In this document: positions 11,001 through 26,000 of the stretch, piece after piece
Layout: each line of letters opens with the position of its first letter
Position numbering within the stretch: position 1 is the stretch's first letter
Assembly: GCF_902459465.1 (NCBI RefSeq)
Contig: NC_047068.1
Coordinates: 16,430,001-16,494,000, forward strand
Length of the DNA stretch: 64,000 nt
Source of the DNA: Asterias rubens
Taxonomy: Eukaryota
Direction of reading: 5' to 3'
Made by a program: the position numbers and the translations under genes
The notes under the pieces: model-generated
What the model was told of the DNA's origin: nothing
Databases searched by the model: none
What the model saw: only the letters and a program-made list of their open reading frames with translations

Positions 11001-14000
11001 CAATAGGGTCAACATTGAAACATTCTAAAAACTGTACCCAATAATCTTTCACTAAGCTATTACAATGTGATGTTAGGTCTAGGTCTGACCCCTCCTTTTC
11101 AATTCAATGACCTTATTTTGACTCTGTCAAAGTTCAATAAGGTCAAAGGTGAAATTTTATCTGGTAAACCTATCATGTGATAAATATTAATCATTACAAG
11201 TGAGCCTTCCTCTTTTTTCATTGACAATGACCGCCATTGTGACCCATGTCAAAATTCATGGGTCAGTTAATTCAAACACAAGATACAGAGTATACAATTT
11301 AAATTACATACTTGATTCTGTGTTGAAATAAGAACCTTTGGATTAACGTGCCTGCGATCTACCAACTGAGCTATCTAGCCCTACATATGTTGGCAGTCAC
11401 CCTATTTTGTCAATAACTTATGCAATATCTTGTATATGTTCAAGTACATATGGTGATTTTCTTGGCCCAATCTTATGGCTTTGCTTACCACAGGATCCTG
11501 CGTTTACGGCGCACTATAAAGCAAACTTCCATGGGTTGTAAAAAAACGTTAACTCAGAATTCCACAGAGAGCAGTAAGTTCAAAGTTTAAAGTACAAATG
11601 CAGGTCAGCAATATGAACTAATCTACACAAAAATTGATACGTACATGTAACAAAAAAGTCTATCTTTCAATTTTAGCAACTAAATACAGCTTTGGCAAAA
11701 AACAGTACTTGTCATTACCTCAAGCTCAAATGCAGCGCGCCACAACAACAAAATTAATTATACAGACTAGATAACAAATCCGTCTGTCCTTGTAGCTCAA
11801 TGAATATATAATGCAATAATAAAAACCACTTACCTTCAGTTAAATCACTACAATTTCAATGCATAAATGTATTGAATTTTTACCACTCATTAAAATGTTT
11901 TAATCCAAGAAACTTTGTGACTGATCCGCTTAGCTCCACCCATCTTTGTGGCAAAAGCGTAGCGACACGTGCGCGCAAAAGCTTAGCGACATGTTGCGCG
12001 CAATAGCGAAGCGACACCTGACTAGCTCCATTAGGGACTTACATGCATTGTTCATTCGCATTCTCACAACATCATTCCCATGGATGTATGTATCAAGATT
12101 GTTGCACCTTTTTCCCAGGTCGATCATCGTGCTTGACCACAACCCATTGTTTGTCATTGTCTCTCTTCCAGGGGTTAGCGACAAGAATGATCGATACAAC
12201 ACATGGGGACGAGGTTGGCATTCTTATGGAAGTCTAATGGTTGTGCAGTCAAGATGGGATTGACCAGATCAAGATCAGGCTTAATGGATTGGTCTATTCT
12301 AAAAATAATTCAAAGAAAGTTTTTTTTTTGTTTTACCCTTACACCGATGTGCGGTAGGTCTGTAAAAAAAAAACCAGGCTTTCTAGAGCAGTGTCTTAAA
12401 AACTAGACCACCGAGATTACCTGGAAGCTAGAGGCAGTTTGAATTGCTTAACTCAGGAAAGTACTGTGTACAGTGCTATCTCACATACCAGTGTAAGGGT
12501 AAAAGCAAACTCAAATTCTTTATACCCGATGCAAATTCAATTTCTTTTTTTTTTGCAAAATGAAAATGACTCGTGCCTTGGAAAAAGTGCTGGTTAGTAA
12601 TAATGAATTAAAGTATCATTCAATATGATGAAATTTGCAATCCAATGTTGTGGGTGGCTAGAAAGGGGCAGGACTACCATGAGAACCAAAACACTTTGTT
12701 CAAATTACTTTTTTGGACAAAACTTATACATCATTTGAACATGGAAAGAAATAGATTGAATATCACATGATGTTTAGGGGTGCCTCAAAAGACGGGCAGG
12801 TTTTAGGAGCAAAGGAAGGTTCCCGTAGGCATGAACACGCAATCCAGTGGCCTGCCAGAATGTTCAGCTGGACCCTGGACTTGTAGACAAGTTGTTAAAT
12901 GTCTGTCGCGGTGATAGTGTTCCGAATCTCCCCGGGATTCCCGCGGTATTCTCCCGAGACTGCTGGCCCCGCGAGACTACTGCTCTCATGACTACGGTCC
13001 CATTTAGCAGGGGAGTAGAAGTTGGCAACCAGCAGTTCGTGCGAGAGCAGTAATCTCGCAAGAGCACGGCCACAACTCGACTATCTCACCGCGGCAGACC
13101 ATCAACAACTTGTCTACAAGTCTAGCTGGACCCCGATGTTGTGCCGTGCTACAGGAACATGCCTAGATGAAGAGAATTGATACACTGGGATTATCAATAA
13201 TCCAATGGAACAATCTCAGTAGCCCTTTCACACTGTCTCTGCCTAGATCCCTATATTCCACAGGGTTCCTTCCAGCTGCATGTTTCAACGATACCCCAGT
13301 GTTTTACCACTCACCCCTACTCCAGAGCAGGGCTAGCTATCCCCAGGGTGTGCCTATTTGCTGCAGAGTAGTAACAAGTGTGAAAGGGGCTGGGGAGGGA
13401 CAATGTAAAAAACCTGAAAGCAGTCAAAGTATTTAATCCAAACAAAACATTTCAGAGATGCATTTCTTATGCTGTTGGATGAAGAATTTTTATCATGTGT
13501 TGGTTCACATTAAAACGTGCATGGGATCAGGGCTTATGAAGAGATGCATCAACTGATAAGCGTGTGCGCTTTTTAATGTTTTTCATGAATGATGGCCAGG
13601 TAAGGGTGATATGTGATGTGACCTTTGACAAGTGATGTGACCTTTGGCATGACCTCTGACCTTGAATCTGTCCTTGATTTGTTGTCGCTCCTTTTTGTCC
13701 TTCACCTTGCCTGTTGCCTCCTGGTTTAAGTGGAGTTTGTGATTGTTATATTTAATTCTGGCAATTAAACTAAGCATGCCTATATAGGGCGAGCATAAAC
13801 CCTGAACATGTGTAGCCTACAGGCACTGGACACCTTTGGTAATTGTCAAAGACCAGGGGCCAATTTCATAGAGCTGCTAAGCACAAAAATTTGCTTAGCG
13901 TGAAATTTCTTCCTTGATAAAAACAGGATTGCCAACCAAAATTCCCATTTGTTGCATATTGCTTGATACTGGTATTCAGCTGTTGTTTGCTAATCCTGAA

Positions 14001-17000
14001 AATCACTTGGAAATTTCTTTGGTAATCCTGTTTTTATTGTGGAAGAAATTTCATACTAAGCAAATTTTTGTGTATAGCAGCTCTATGAAATTGGGCCCAG
14101 TATTCTCACTTGGTGTATCACGCATGCATAAAATATCAAATTTGTGACAATTTTGACTCAATTGGTCATCAAAAACTCCACAAGAATATTGGGAGCAAAA
14201 CCACCCTGGTTGCACAATTTGTGTGCTTTCTGACATTGTCTGAAGTCTTTTAATATTTGAGCGAGAAGTTGAATTTTTCTCAAAAACTATGTTACTTCAG
14301 AGGGAGCCGTTTCTCAAAATGTTTATGCTATCAAAAGCTCTCCATTGCTCGCTACCAAGTATGTGTCATTATGCCAACAATTTGTTTGAGTAATTACCAA
14401 TGGTGTCCACTACCTTTAAAAGCTTGAGGAATCCTAGCAAGGATCTTGCTGTCGACCAGAAAATATTTTTGGTTTCTCTGGCACTCCTTAGCTCCATAGG
14501 ACTTTTACTTTTGTTTAAATACTATCTCGGATATAAGGCACCATTTTTAGGGTGGGCAAATTGTTTGTTCCAACTGTAATTTAAATCTTAGTTCTTTCTT
14601 ACACTTACAGTTAAAAGCTTCAGATTTTACCTTCCAAACATTCCACAGCATATACATTTTAGGGTGCTAAGTTTTGGACGCCTAAATATAATTTGTAGAG
14701 TCTTTATTTCTCATAAAATATGCCATTTCAAACAGAAATATTTCAAGGGGTGTTTTCTACTATTATTTAATTGACATCCAAACCCAGTTTCATAAAATGT
14801 ATTTGGCTTTAAAGGGGAATGTCAACGAGGTGAAATTGGTAGCGTCTTAACGTTGAAACCCTTCCTCAGTGCCCAGAACTCTGTGTTTGTGTACAGCACA
14901 TGTATTCCCGTTAGGGCTAAAGCACTACCTACAGTTTATGCAACCATCTGAAGGACAAGGCAATAAGTGTTTCACACTACAGCCCCCCCCCCCCTGTAAA
15001 TGACGTCAAAAGCTCAATGGGCACTCTCACTGAGGTCACAGAGACCTTTTATCTGCTGAGAGTTGTGCCTCCTGAACATTTTTTTTTTTTTTTTTTTTTA
15101 ATTGACAAAAAGACGTGCCCTCCCAGACTTAGCTCATAAAAAGGCATGTTAAGGCCTACCAAATCAGATAGTATCTGATTTGAGAATTTTATCATTGGGG
15201 AATAGCACATAATGACATCACAATTTGAATACAGTCAATGATTGTCAATAAAATCATAGGTTGGTCTGTGAGATGTACATATTCAATCCCATCACAGGTA
15301 GGCTGTATACCAAGTTGTACATAACGCATGTGTGTGGTAATAAATTGAAATGTGCGTACATGTACATGTACCTTAAATTTATATAAAGGAGAAAAAACCT
15401 AAATATGAAATTATGGTATATGACCTGACAGATCTGTTTCAAGCACTATGGAATTTACCACACAATGAAACAGTGCAAAACAAGATTTTAAAGGCCCTGG
15501 ACACGTTTGGTAATTGTCAAAGATCAGTAATCTCCCTTGGTGTATCCATACATACAGTATGCATAAAATATCAAAAATGTAAAAACTTTGACTCAACTGG
15601 TCATCAAATTTGCACAAATTTGTGTGCTTTCAGATGCATAACATGAGACTTCAACTGAAGTTTTTAATTATTTGAGTGAGAAATTACCTTTCTCCAAAAC
15701 CACGTTTCTTTAGAGGGAGCCGTTTCTCACAATGTTTAGTACTACATGTATCAACAGCTTTCCATTGCTTGTTACCAAGTAAGATGTTATGCTAACAATT
15801 ACTTTGAGAAATTGCCAATCGTGTCCAGTGGCTTTAAGTCATAAGCTTGGAAGGCTAATCTGACAGAATTACAATTAAAAAACCTGCTGTACACAAAAAC
15901 GTTCCACTCTCAAATTCTTACAGTTCATAAAATAAACAGGAAAGCAACAAACAGCCATTAATCCTACCTTGAATTTATCTTTGATTTGCTGGCGTTCCCG
16001 GTCTTTGAGTTTGCTAGCGTCTTGGGTGACACGCTGTGTTGACATCGGCTTGTTTACTTCTAAGATATGAAACAAGACTTTGTTCCAACTGAAAGTGAAA
16101 GTAAAACGCACCCAGTGAAAAACTACTAATTTCAATTGATCGAGAAATAATGATAATTATAGTGGCTTCTTATATAGCATGCATATCCATCACTAAGTAG
16201 TACTCAGTGTGCTTTTACATACAGTATTTTTCTGCAAGGTATTTGGGACTATGTTTGAGTTATGAGACCTAATCCTTCTATATAGAACCATGTAATGGTT
16301 TACAAGGTGCTGTGGTGCAATATTCTGCCAATCAAACAGGGAACACCAGGGCGAAGCACATGACTTTTTGACATAAAGTGCACTAGTTTTTTTTATGTGC
16401 GTTCAACAACACACAGGACCAATAGCTTCACGTCTAATGGTGCAAATGGTGTTTTTAGGCCGTCACCGAGTTGCTGTCTACAGCTGCAATTGTTAAGCAA
16501 TTATTTTCTCACACTTAAGCAGCTCAATGAAATTAGGCCCTAGTATTGAACCCATCATTTGAGGAAACATGACTACCTTTTTGAATATTCTTTCTTCTGT
16601 TCACGGATGATGTCTGCATAGTGGGTCTCTATATCAGGAGTGCTGATGATGACGAGTTTCATTAACTCAGACCTGTAGCATTTTCAGAAAAATAAATAAA
16701 AATGGAGTTATAAATTTCAAGTTTTGAAAACAGTATCCTCAGTGCCAGCAATAAAATCAACAGCACGACTTATTTCATTTGGAGAAAAATACAGCATTTT
16801 TTGTTGACTAGGCACACTTTAAAAAGCTTAAAATCTGATAAAAGTCTGAAATTTATCATCCTTGCTCCCTCCGATAAACAGGGTTCAAAATTAACATTGG
16901 ACCACAGGCCACTAATGTCTATTTTACAGGTAAACTTAGGCAATTCTGTCAAAAATATCTTAATGGATTTCCTACCATGACCATCTTTATTGAAGTTGTG

Positions 17001-20000
17001 TGCAAATCTGTGGACATTTTTATTTGCACTCTTACAAATGTTGTACACATCCTTAATAAAGGTTTGGTATAGTGGTATCGTTCCTCATTTTCAACCTCTA
17101 GGACCCGGTTTAAATGATGTCAGGGCACTACTTGGATTGGGTAGTCAGTCCCTACCTGACAGCGTTGGTTTTCTGTAGAATATTTCTCTGGGGTTTTACT
17201 TGCTTTTTTTTCTCTCTCCATTAGGTTCTTGTCTCATACAGTAATAAAGTTCACTTTTCTTAGAGCCCTTGGCTTCACAATGAGAATAAATGAAATGAAG
17301 GTACTTACCTTTCCAATGACTTGAGAATATAGTGGTAGTTGTTCAGGAGGAAGATGGCTCCTAGATATTGGTCAGAATAGGTCTTAGCTTTCTGATCCAG
17401 GTTCAGACTCAGAGCTCCAAGCACCTTGGCTATGATGAAAATAAGTCAAATTTGGAAGCGTTCATAATTGGAATACAATCTAGTAGGATTTGGGGAGACA
17501 GCACATACACAAAATTCTTTTTATGAGTTGAGTTTATGAAAGGAATCAATTTACAAACTTGACGTTTCAATCCGTATTCAGGAGAAGTTCAGTATTTCTG
17601 ACGACTATCAGAGCATACTGAGATAACAAGTGTTCTACTAAGTGAGTGTGACTTTTGCTTTGTTTACAGTAAAGCTGTGTTTATGGAATTGAAAATTGTG
17701 CTAAGAGCAGCTCGGTAGAAAGAAAACATCAGGGTCGGTTTCACACAGCCTGTAAACAGATGTTTTATGCTTAAACAGCAACCCTTAGCACAGTTTCTAT
17801 TTCATGATTGCTGCTAACCATAAGCAAATAAAAAGGCACACTAGCCTGCCGGCAGTACTTTTAAACATATGAAAATCCATTGTCCAAACACACAATCATT
17901 GAATACACTTTTGCTTGAGTATTAAGCATAACAAATTTGCTTAGCAGTAAAAAGCTTTACGTTATCGGGTCCTGCTAACAGGCTTTCTGAAATTCGCCCA
18001 AGAATTTAGAAGTTACTGACAGTAAATGGTTGTGCACTTACCAACATAGATTGAAACTTTTTTCTTCTTGGCTTCGATATCCTGGTTCCTTGATGAATGG
18101 TCTGAAATTACAAGAAAAATAAATGAAATGTAACATTTTTATCTGTATGTTCACTCTGGCATCTTGTCACCGAGCATGCTTAGTTGTCTAGTGGTCAGGC
18201 CAATCTGTATGTGAATTTCGTGTTTTTTACCCCTGGTACAACGGAGCAGATAGTACATGCTTTTGTCACCAGCAAGCTTTACACATGAAATGCTAGGATA
18301 GTAACTAACCTCTTTGTCCAGTCAACATTGCAGCAGTTGTTTCAACATAATCCAGCAGATGCTCCAGGAATGTCAGTGCCTGGTGCGGAAAAACAAAACC
18401 AACGGAGGAATAAGTAACAAACAAACCCCCAAAAACTAATGTAAGTTTGACACAATGAGGCAGACATCAAGTAATTTATTTATTTGTTTATTTCGATTAA
18501 AATAAAAACATGGTCGGTAGTATCATAAAGTCTTTGTAACACTAAAAATTGTGAGCTTACAAAATCAAACATTAAGTATTACAAAGACAATCAAAATCAA
18601 AAACATAGGCTAGCCAGATATGCAGACATGCCAACCTCTGGGATCACAAAACTGTATTCTGAAACCCCAAAACCTGTATTTTGCATCAAAACCTGTATTT
18701 TTTTTAAAAACACGCGTAAACGTAGTTTTAAGCCCCGAGACAGGCAAAATAGAGAAGGTGTGAAGGCCATTTAGTTATCAAACAGCCTAATTAAACCAGT
18801 TAATTAAAACTTGAAGAAAAATAAATAAAAATAAAAATAAAAATAAAAATAAAAATAAAAATAAAAATAAAAATAAATAAAATAAAAAATAATATAAAAA
18901 ATTACAAAATTGGGCAGAGGTTTCCCTACGGGTGGTTAACCCAATGGAACAGGTTTTGTATGGGAAAAAAGATATTGATAAATCATATCTTAAAGACATT
19001 GATTAATCATATCCTATTTCATATATAAACCCTTGTCAATTAATTAAATATCATTTTCTTTGTCAAAAAAGGCAAGTACAAAACAAAACCAATTTAATTT
19101 CAATGAAGAAAAACAAAAAAAAAATCATCCCAAAAAGTTTTGTTTGTTGTATTTGGGGGCATAGTTCTTAAATTTATCTTATAAAAATCTCGCTTCAGGC
19201 GCTCTATATCTTTTGTGTCTTTATTTTGGCAAACAATTCTTTTGCAAACTCGATTCGTCCGTTCACAAAACGACCGATACCATATAAGGGCATTTGACAA
19301 CAGCGCCCTCTGTTGTTCAATGAATTGTGTAAGACTGGTTCCCTGTGAAATCGGGACGTCAGATAAACTGGAATCTACGTTGCACTCGCTCGATGTGTGG
19401 TGAAAGTTGAATAAGGAATACCCCCGTGGAATAATAGAGTTCACTGGATAATCATTATCGGCCGTAAGTAGCCGGCCGAAAACTTTGTGTCAATAAACAA
19501 AATATTGAACTTGAGTTAAAAAAGGGCACGACGGCCAACTGGGATAAAATTGTATTTGTGCGGTGGCGATGCTCAAAACCGTATTTTTTTTGCAAAACCC
19601 GTATACCCGTATTTTTTACAAAAACCTGTACGAAATACGGGAAAAACATACTAGTTGGCATGTCTGGATATGAGAAATAAACTTCTTTAGCTACCGGGCA
19701 ATTTTGGTGGTCTTGTCGGTAAGACACTGCTCTAGAATGCAAAGGGTTGTGGGTTAGAATCCCACCTGGGTAATATGCCTGGGAAAGAACTGAGTATACA
19801 GTGTTAACACTCATCGGTGTATTATGCGTAAAACCAAAATTAAAATATTAAATTTCCATGGGTCTATAGCTGTGATAGTGACACGCTGGTGTTGATAATA
19901 CTTACATTGCTGGTGAGTTCATGCACTGTACCATCCCTTGGCATGTTGGATTTATCGGGATCATTCTGAGACCAAACAAATATATATATATATTTACTTT

Positions 20001-23000
20001 ATCATAATTGTTTCCCTCCACCCAGAAATTTAAATAGGTACCGATGAGAGCTGCGATGGACTGGCGTCCTGTCCAACTAATAAGAATAATATTATTACTG
20101 CTGACTCATTATTGACTGAATTGATTAGTAGACTGAATGGTTTTAAAGTTGGACTCAAACTCTGTAATTTACAGAATGTGGGTTTGAATCCTGGCCTGGT
20201 CAGCCACGAGACTTCTGTCCTCGAGCAAGGCACTTGATCATAATTGATTCTCTCTCCCAGGAGTACAAATGGGTACTGGTGAGTATTCTGCGATGGACTG
20301 GCGTTTTGTTCAAGGAGAACACAAAAATACTTTCAGTTTAATGCCAAGGAAACCGGGTATAAACACCGGCCTGATGACCCATATTGGCTCGGGACAGACT
20401 TTACTTCACTAATTTACTGTCGCTGGATTTCTCTTTAGCAAACATGGGGCGTTTCTCAATCTCTTCAGATTGATATGGCGCATTACAAATACCTATCACT
20501 ATTATTGTTACATCCACATTGACTAGAGGCTAAGCCTGGGCTTACCTTGACAACATCAAAGAACTCTTCCAGGGCTTTAGCTCCAGTGGTCTCCAGGCTA
20601 GATATGAGTGTTGGTAATTTACCTCTTGTAGTTGGTGTTGTACCCTACCAGTAATAAATACATATGTTTTTAAATATTCTAAAAGACGAAGTTCAACTTC
20701 AATCGCAGTAATTTTGGTGCTGTTTTTCTTAACACGTAATTTTAATCATTTGTAAATAAATGTCAATATCTGTGATGCATTGATATCAAGGACATGAAGT
20801 TCCTTTTCTGGGGCGCGCTATGGAAGAAGACTTATTGCCTGTATCACAATATTTGAGGCTATGAGGTAAACAGGAAGTGTGGTATGAGATGACGAACGAA
20901 ACCACTGCCTACCTGGGACATGAAATGACAGTTGGCCAATCAGGGCCCGATGTCATAAAGCCTGTAATAAGCATAAAAACTTGCTAAGCACAGAAAAATC
21001 TTGCTTAACAGAAACTGAATGCCAAACAAAATTCCATAGAGTTTACATTGTGCCCCATTCATTTCATCAGTGTTTTCTGCTTATCAGCTTTTTGAAATTG
21101 GGCGGAGCTACGCCATGTTGGCTCTTGAATAGGTTTTGAGAGGCATGTCATGGCCTAGCGGTTAAGAGCACCAGAGTCAAACTCTGGTGTTTCCGATCAG
21201 CAGAGTGTGGGTTCAAGTCCCAGTCGTGACATCTGTGTCCTTAAGCAAGGCACTTAATCATGATGCTTTGTCCTTCGAACTGGACGTAGAACTGTGCTCC
21301 TGTGTGTTGTGTAACGCACATAAAAGAACCCAGTGCACTTCTCGAAAAGAGAAGGGATTCGCCCGGTGTTCCTGGTTTTGATTCACAGCATATTGTTCCA
21401 CAGCACCTTGTAAACCATTACATGGTGCTAAGGATTAGGTCCCACATACCTTACAGGAAATACTGTGTGTTATTGCGCCAGGACTGCACTGAGTGACGAA
21501 TATGCGCGCTATATAAGAAGCCACCACTATTATTATTATTACATATAGTATTAGTAAGTTGAATACAATGCAATGTTTGGCTGGTAACCAGTGTAGGGAG
21601 TGAAAGATGATAAGGAAAATCTTAGAAATTATGCGATCCCGAACAGGAAGCCAGAGTAATGCTTGTAGGGTAGGCGAGATATGTGATGAGTATTTGTGAT
21701 GCGATCAAAGTAAATGAGTCATATGTCGGAAATGTCATTATGGAGAAACACGCCACAACAGGCCCACAACAGGGGTGAAATTTTCAAAAATGGTTTTGAT
21801 ACAAATTTAGATGCCAAATTATATCTTACTTTATATTGGCAACTTCTTTCCTAATAAAACACATCATAAATGGGTTAAAATTAGCATGGAAAAAAATTTT
21901 GCCGATAAATGTTCAATAAACAACTCGTCTTTCATCCCTTTTTTCTCAGTTACATATCTCGTATCTTGTAGTAATTCTACTTTTACAACTTTTGAACCTG
22001 AGGTGTTATCAAAGTGGGGTTTAGAGTATCCTCTTTTCTAGCGTATCACAAAATTAAAAATTACTTGGGTTGACAGAAGAATCATGTTGCTTTATCACAT
22101 CACATTGATTAAATGGAATTGAATTAAATCAAACTTAGCAACACCAAACCCACATCAACCCTCCACTACCCAAAGTGTAAAGTCTGTCAAAAAGAAATTC
22201 ATTTAGGAAAAAAATCAAGAGATAATTTTGGGGTTGAACAAAGACAAATTTACTAGATGTGGACTCAAACCAACGCCCTTCAGATTAACGTGCCTGCGCT
22301 CTACCAACTGAACTATCTAGCCCTATGTTAGCCGTCTCCTTATTTTGTCAATATCTTTGTTCGAGGGTGCCGGTCAGAAGCCAAATAACCATTAACTGCC
22401 GTTTAGCCAGGGATCACACCAAAATTACAATACAACTGGGGAAGCATAGGCCAGGGGATCATCTTAAGGGGATGCGCGACTTTTTGTTTTTAGATATCAA
22501 CATAAACTAAAAGGGAAACTGAATGGATAAATTTAAAAGATTTTGGAGTTGAACAAAGAAAACATCAAGAGTTTAGAAGGGGGAAAAAAATCATTAGAGA
22601 GTCTTGAGGCTTACTTGTAACGTTTCTTCAAACTCCGGTCTGATTTGGCTAAGATGTTTGGCAACAGGAAACACTGTTAGGACAGCGGTGTAGTCATGCT
22701 TCAATACTGCCCTCTTTGCTGCTGAAGAGATCGCCTGTAAAAAACAAACATTTTTCAAACCATTTTTTTAAAACCATTATTTTATTTCCCTCCGCAAGTC
22801 AAGATTAATTCAAATGGGTCTTTTCTGACTCTTTTGGTGCCCATCACAAATAGACTTGAGAAGGCTAGACAGAGGTGAGAGCCACATCAAGATGAGGGCT
22901 GCTAACCCCCACATCAACTGTCACCAAGACAGAATATAATAGCATCTCAATGTAATCTTATTTTCTTCTTCCCTAATTTCACACAATTAGACAATGTAGT

Positions 23001-26000
23001 TTCAACACTTCCACTTTGGTGTTATTTTATTTTTGGTCAAAGACTCGTGCAATCTCTGCAAGCATTATAAGACCCGGTAGTCCTAGGTGGCTGGTTGATC
23101 ATCATCGGGCATGTTGGCAGACCTTTGGAACCCTGAATCCCACAAAAGATGGATTGCAATACGCGTCATCGACTGCCATCTTTGATGTATTTTACACGTG
23201 AAAAGTGCAACCGTGTAGGCGCTGCGCGTGACTCTCGTTTACCTTTCGAGTGTAAAATACATCAAAGATAGCGGTCATAGAATGACGCCTATTGCAACCT
23301 ATCTATAGACTACATACCATAGCCCGCCCTCATGCGTGCTCATGCACCGTGAACAAATAAAATACGCTCTTATTCGCCCATGGTCACTCAACCAAACATA
23401 CTTTAATTTTTCACATTTCTTGACTAACCTCTCCATCTTGGAAGATCATTTCCATTGATCTGTCGATGATCTTATCAAACGCTTTACGCTGATGCTCACC
23501 AGGGATTATCCCAATCATCAGTTGTACTTCACTCTAGAAAAGATATAAAGTCAACTCATGAATTTGAAGACTGTGGGGGAAGTTCAGATGAGCTTAAAGT
23601 CACATACAAATTGGTGGCTACAGTTATGGCTATGTTGCTTAGGGTGTTGTGCTTCTTAAGCATTAGATGCAAGAATTTGTGAACTACAAAGGCACTGGAC
23701 ACCTTTGGTAATTGTCAAAGACCAGTATTCTCACTTGGTGTATCCCAAGATATGCATAAAATAACAAATTTGTGACAATTGGTCAACGAAGTTGCAAGAA
23801 AATAATAAAGAAAAAATATCCTTATTGCTCAAATTTGGGTGCTGTCAGATGCCTAATAAGACTTTTGGAAGTCTGATGCCTGGATGCCTGAAGTCTTTTG
23901 GTATTTGAGTGAGAAATTACCACTTTCTCAAAAACTATGTTACTTCAGAGGGAGTCGTTTCTCACAATGTTTTATACTATCAACAACTATTGCTTGTTAT
24001 CAATAAATTTGTATGCTAACAGTGTCCTGTGCCTTTAAGCAATTAACAACAAAGGCCTAGTTATTGGGAGACAACAAAGTAGACATAGTCAGAAAAGAGA
24101 TATAATAAAAAATAAAACACAACGTCATCTTTACCTGCATGAGTTTTAGTAGACCACTAATGCTATACAGATAGTGCTCAATATCGGACTCCATTTCCAC
24201 ATGGGTGTCTGGAGTCAGACTGTTTATCTTCTTTTGAGCTATGGAAGAAAAGAAAGCACAAAATGCTGATGTTAACACTGTGATGGAAAAAGTCAGATAT
24301 TTTAAACATTTTTGTGAATCTTATGTTTATTTCATTTCATTTGGGGTGTCGTGGCAGAGTGAATTTGAGCACTGAACTCAAGGTCTGGCATTTCTGTTCG
24401 GTAGAGTGTGGGTCCGAATCCCGGTCGTGACACTTGTGTCCTTAAACAAGACACTTAACTATAATTGCTTCTCTCCACCCAGGGGTAAGTGGGTACCTGT
24501 GAGGGCAGAGATGGTTCTTGTGATTGATTTAGCTTAGTGCGCTGCATATTTGGCAGCACAGGCTGTATACTCCCCAGGGGGAGCTGAGATGAGATCATAG
24601 GGCCCAATTTCATAAAGTTGTTGAGCAGAAAATTCTGCTTAACAAATTTCTTAGCTGAGCAGGAAATGACCGGGAAACCAGTCACAGTAATGGTATTTGA
24701 ATGGTGTTCTGGCTGGTAACCTATTTTTGCTAAGCAATCGTTTTTTTATGCTAAGCAAGTTGTTGTGCTTTAATACAGGCTTTATGAAATTGGGTCCAGG
24801 GGGTAATAATGTTTGAAGCGCTTTTAGACACACTTCGAGTGTATAAAGTGCTATATATAAAAACCAATAACTATTATTTATCAATTCTGGTTGTTAAGAC
24901 AAGTGTACTCAGGCACCAAAAGGAAACTTAATCACTTTACAAGACAATACCCCAATGAAGAGAAGACAAGGAAAGAAGTTTCAAGTTTTAGATGTGGGAG
25001 AAAAACACCAGAGAATTAATCCAGGAAAATCTATGAAATTAGTTAGAGACTGAATACCCAATCCACATAGTGCCACAGCGTGATTCGAACCAGGGTTCTA
25101 GAGGCAGAAGGCGAGGGGAAAAAACACTACTAAAATAGATAAACTTTAGATAACAAAATGGGTTTTAATGAAATGATAAAAAGTTGTTGATGTTTAAATG
25201 GACATGATTGTTGCTTGATTTACAGGTGTGTGCAGTCAAAAAGTATGTTAATAAATTTTGCATAGAATCCAAGATGGTATCCTCCACGGTCCAAATCTTG
25301 ACTTTTATTGTTAAAATGTTAAGAAAATCAAAGTTTGACTCACAAGCTTCTCCTCTGCTTGACTGACTTGCGGATGAGCCTTTGCGAGCTACAACACTGT
25401 AGGTTAAGAAAATAAAAAAGATTATTTTGTAATTGATTGTGAAATTATCCATCAAAGACAAAACCAAACAGGTGAGTTTGTCTAGCGGCAACCACTCCAT
25501 CTTAGTAGTGCTCTAATCCATCCAAAAACCATCCTGTCCAAAACTATCCTCCAAAGAACAGGCAGACAAACAAATTCTGATCTGAATACATCCGAGACTG
25601 GACAAACCAACATTTTGCTGCCCTTGTACGAATGACAGAGGCAAAGAGCTTTAGTCTGAACATCTAACATCACACTACGAGGCTTGACAATAACGCCAGA
25701 AACCAGCCTAACCGAATACTGCCTAATGTACCATTAACCTCGCACAAAACACTGTCATAATGTAAATGTCCAACATTCCCTTTTCATTTAAAAGCATACA
25801 AACTATGGATAAGGTTCATTTAAAAAAAATACAAATCAGACTGGACTTACGGTCTGAGAGCAGTAGTTGTGCGTCCTTTAGGTGTGTCTTTGCTTCTGTG
25901 AACTTTGCCAGCAGTCTAGGTAAGGGGGAACAAATAGATAGTATTAAAACATTTGGTAGAGCACTGGCATTTCAAATTTCTCTTTATTTAACCTTCATTC

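Noticed and set aside
11930-12263. Overlapping ORFs of 90-105 aa with splice-like signals
   Set aside because: No recognisable domain and no phase-consistent partner exons; left as unexplained intron sequence.
14840-14875. GFNVK on the minus strand as a nearer copy of EXOC7 exon 21
   Set aside because: Stop after 12 codons, no further similarity, poor acceptor.
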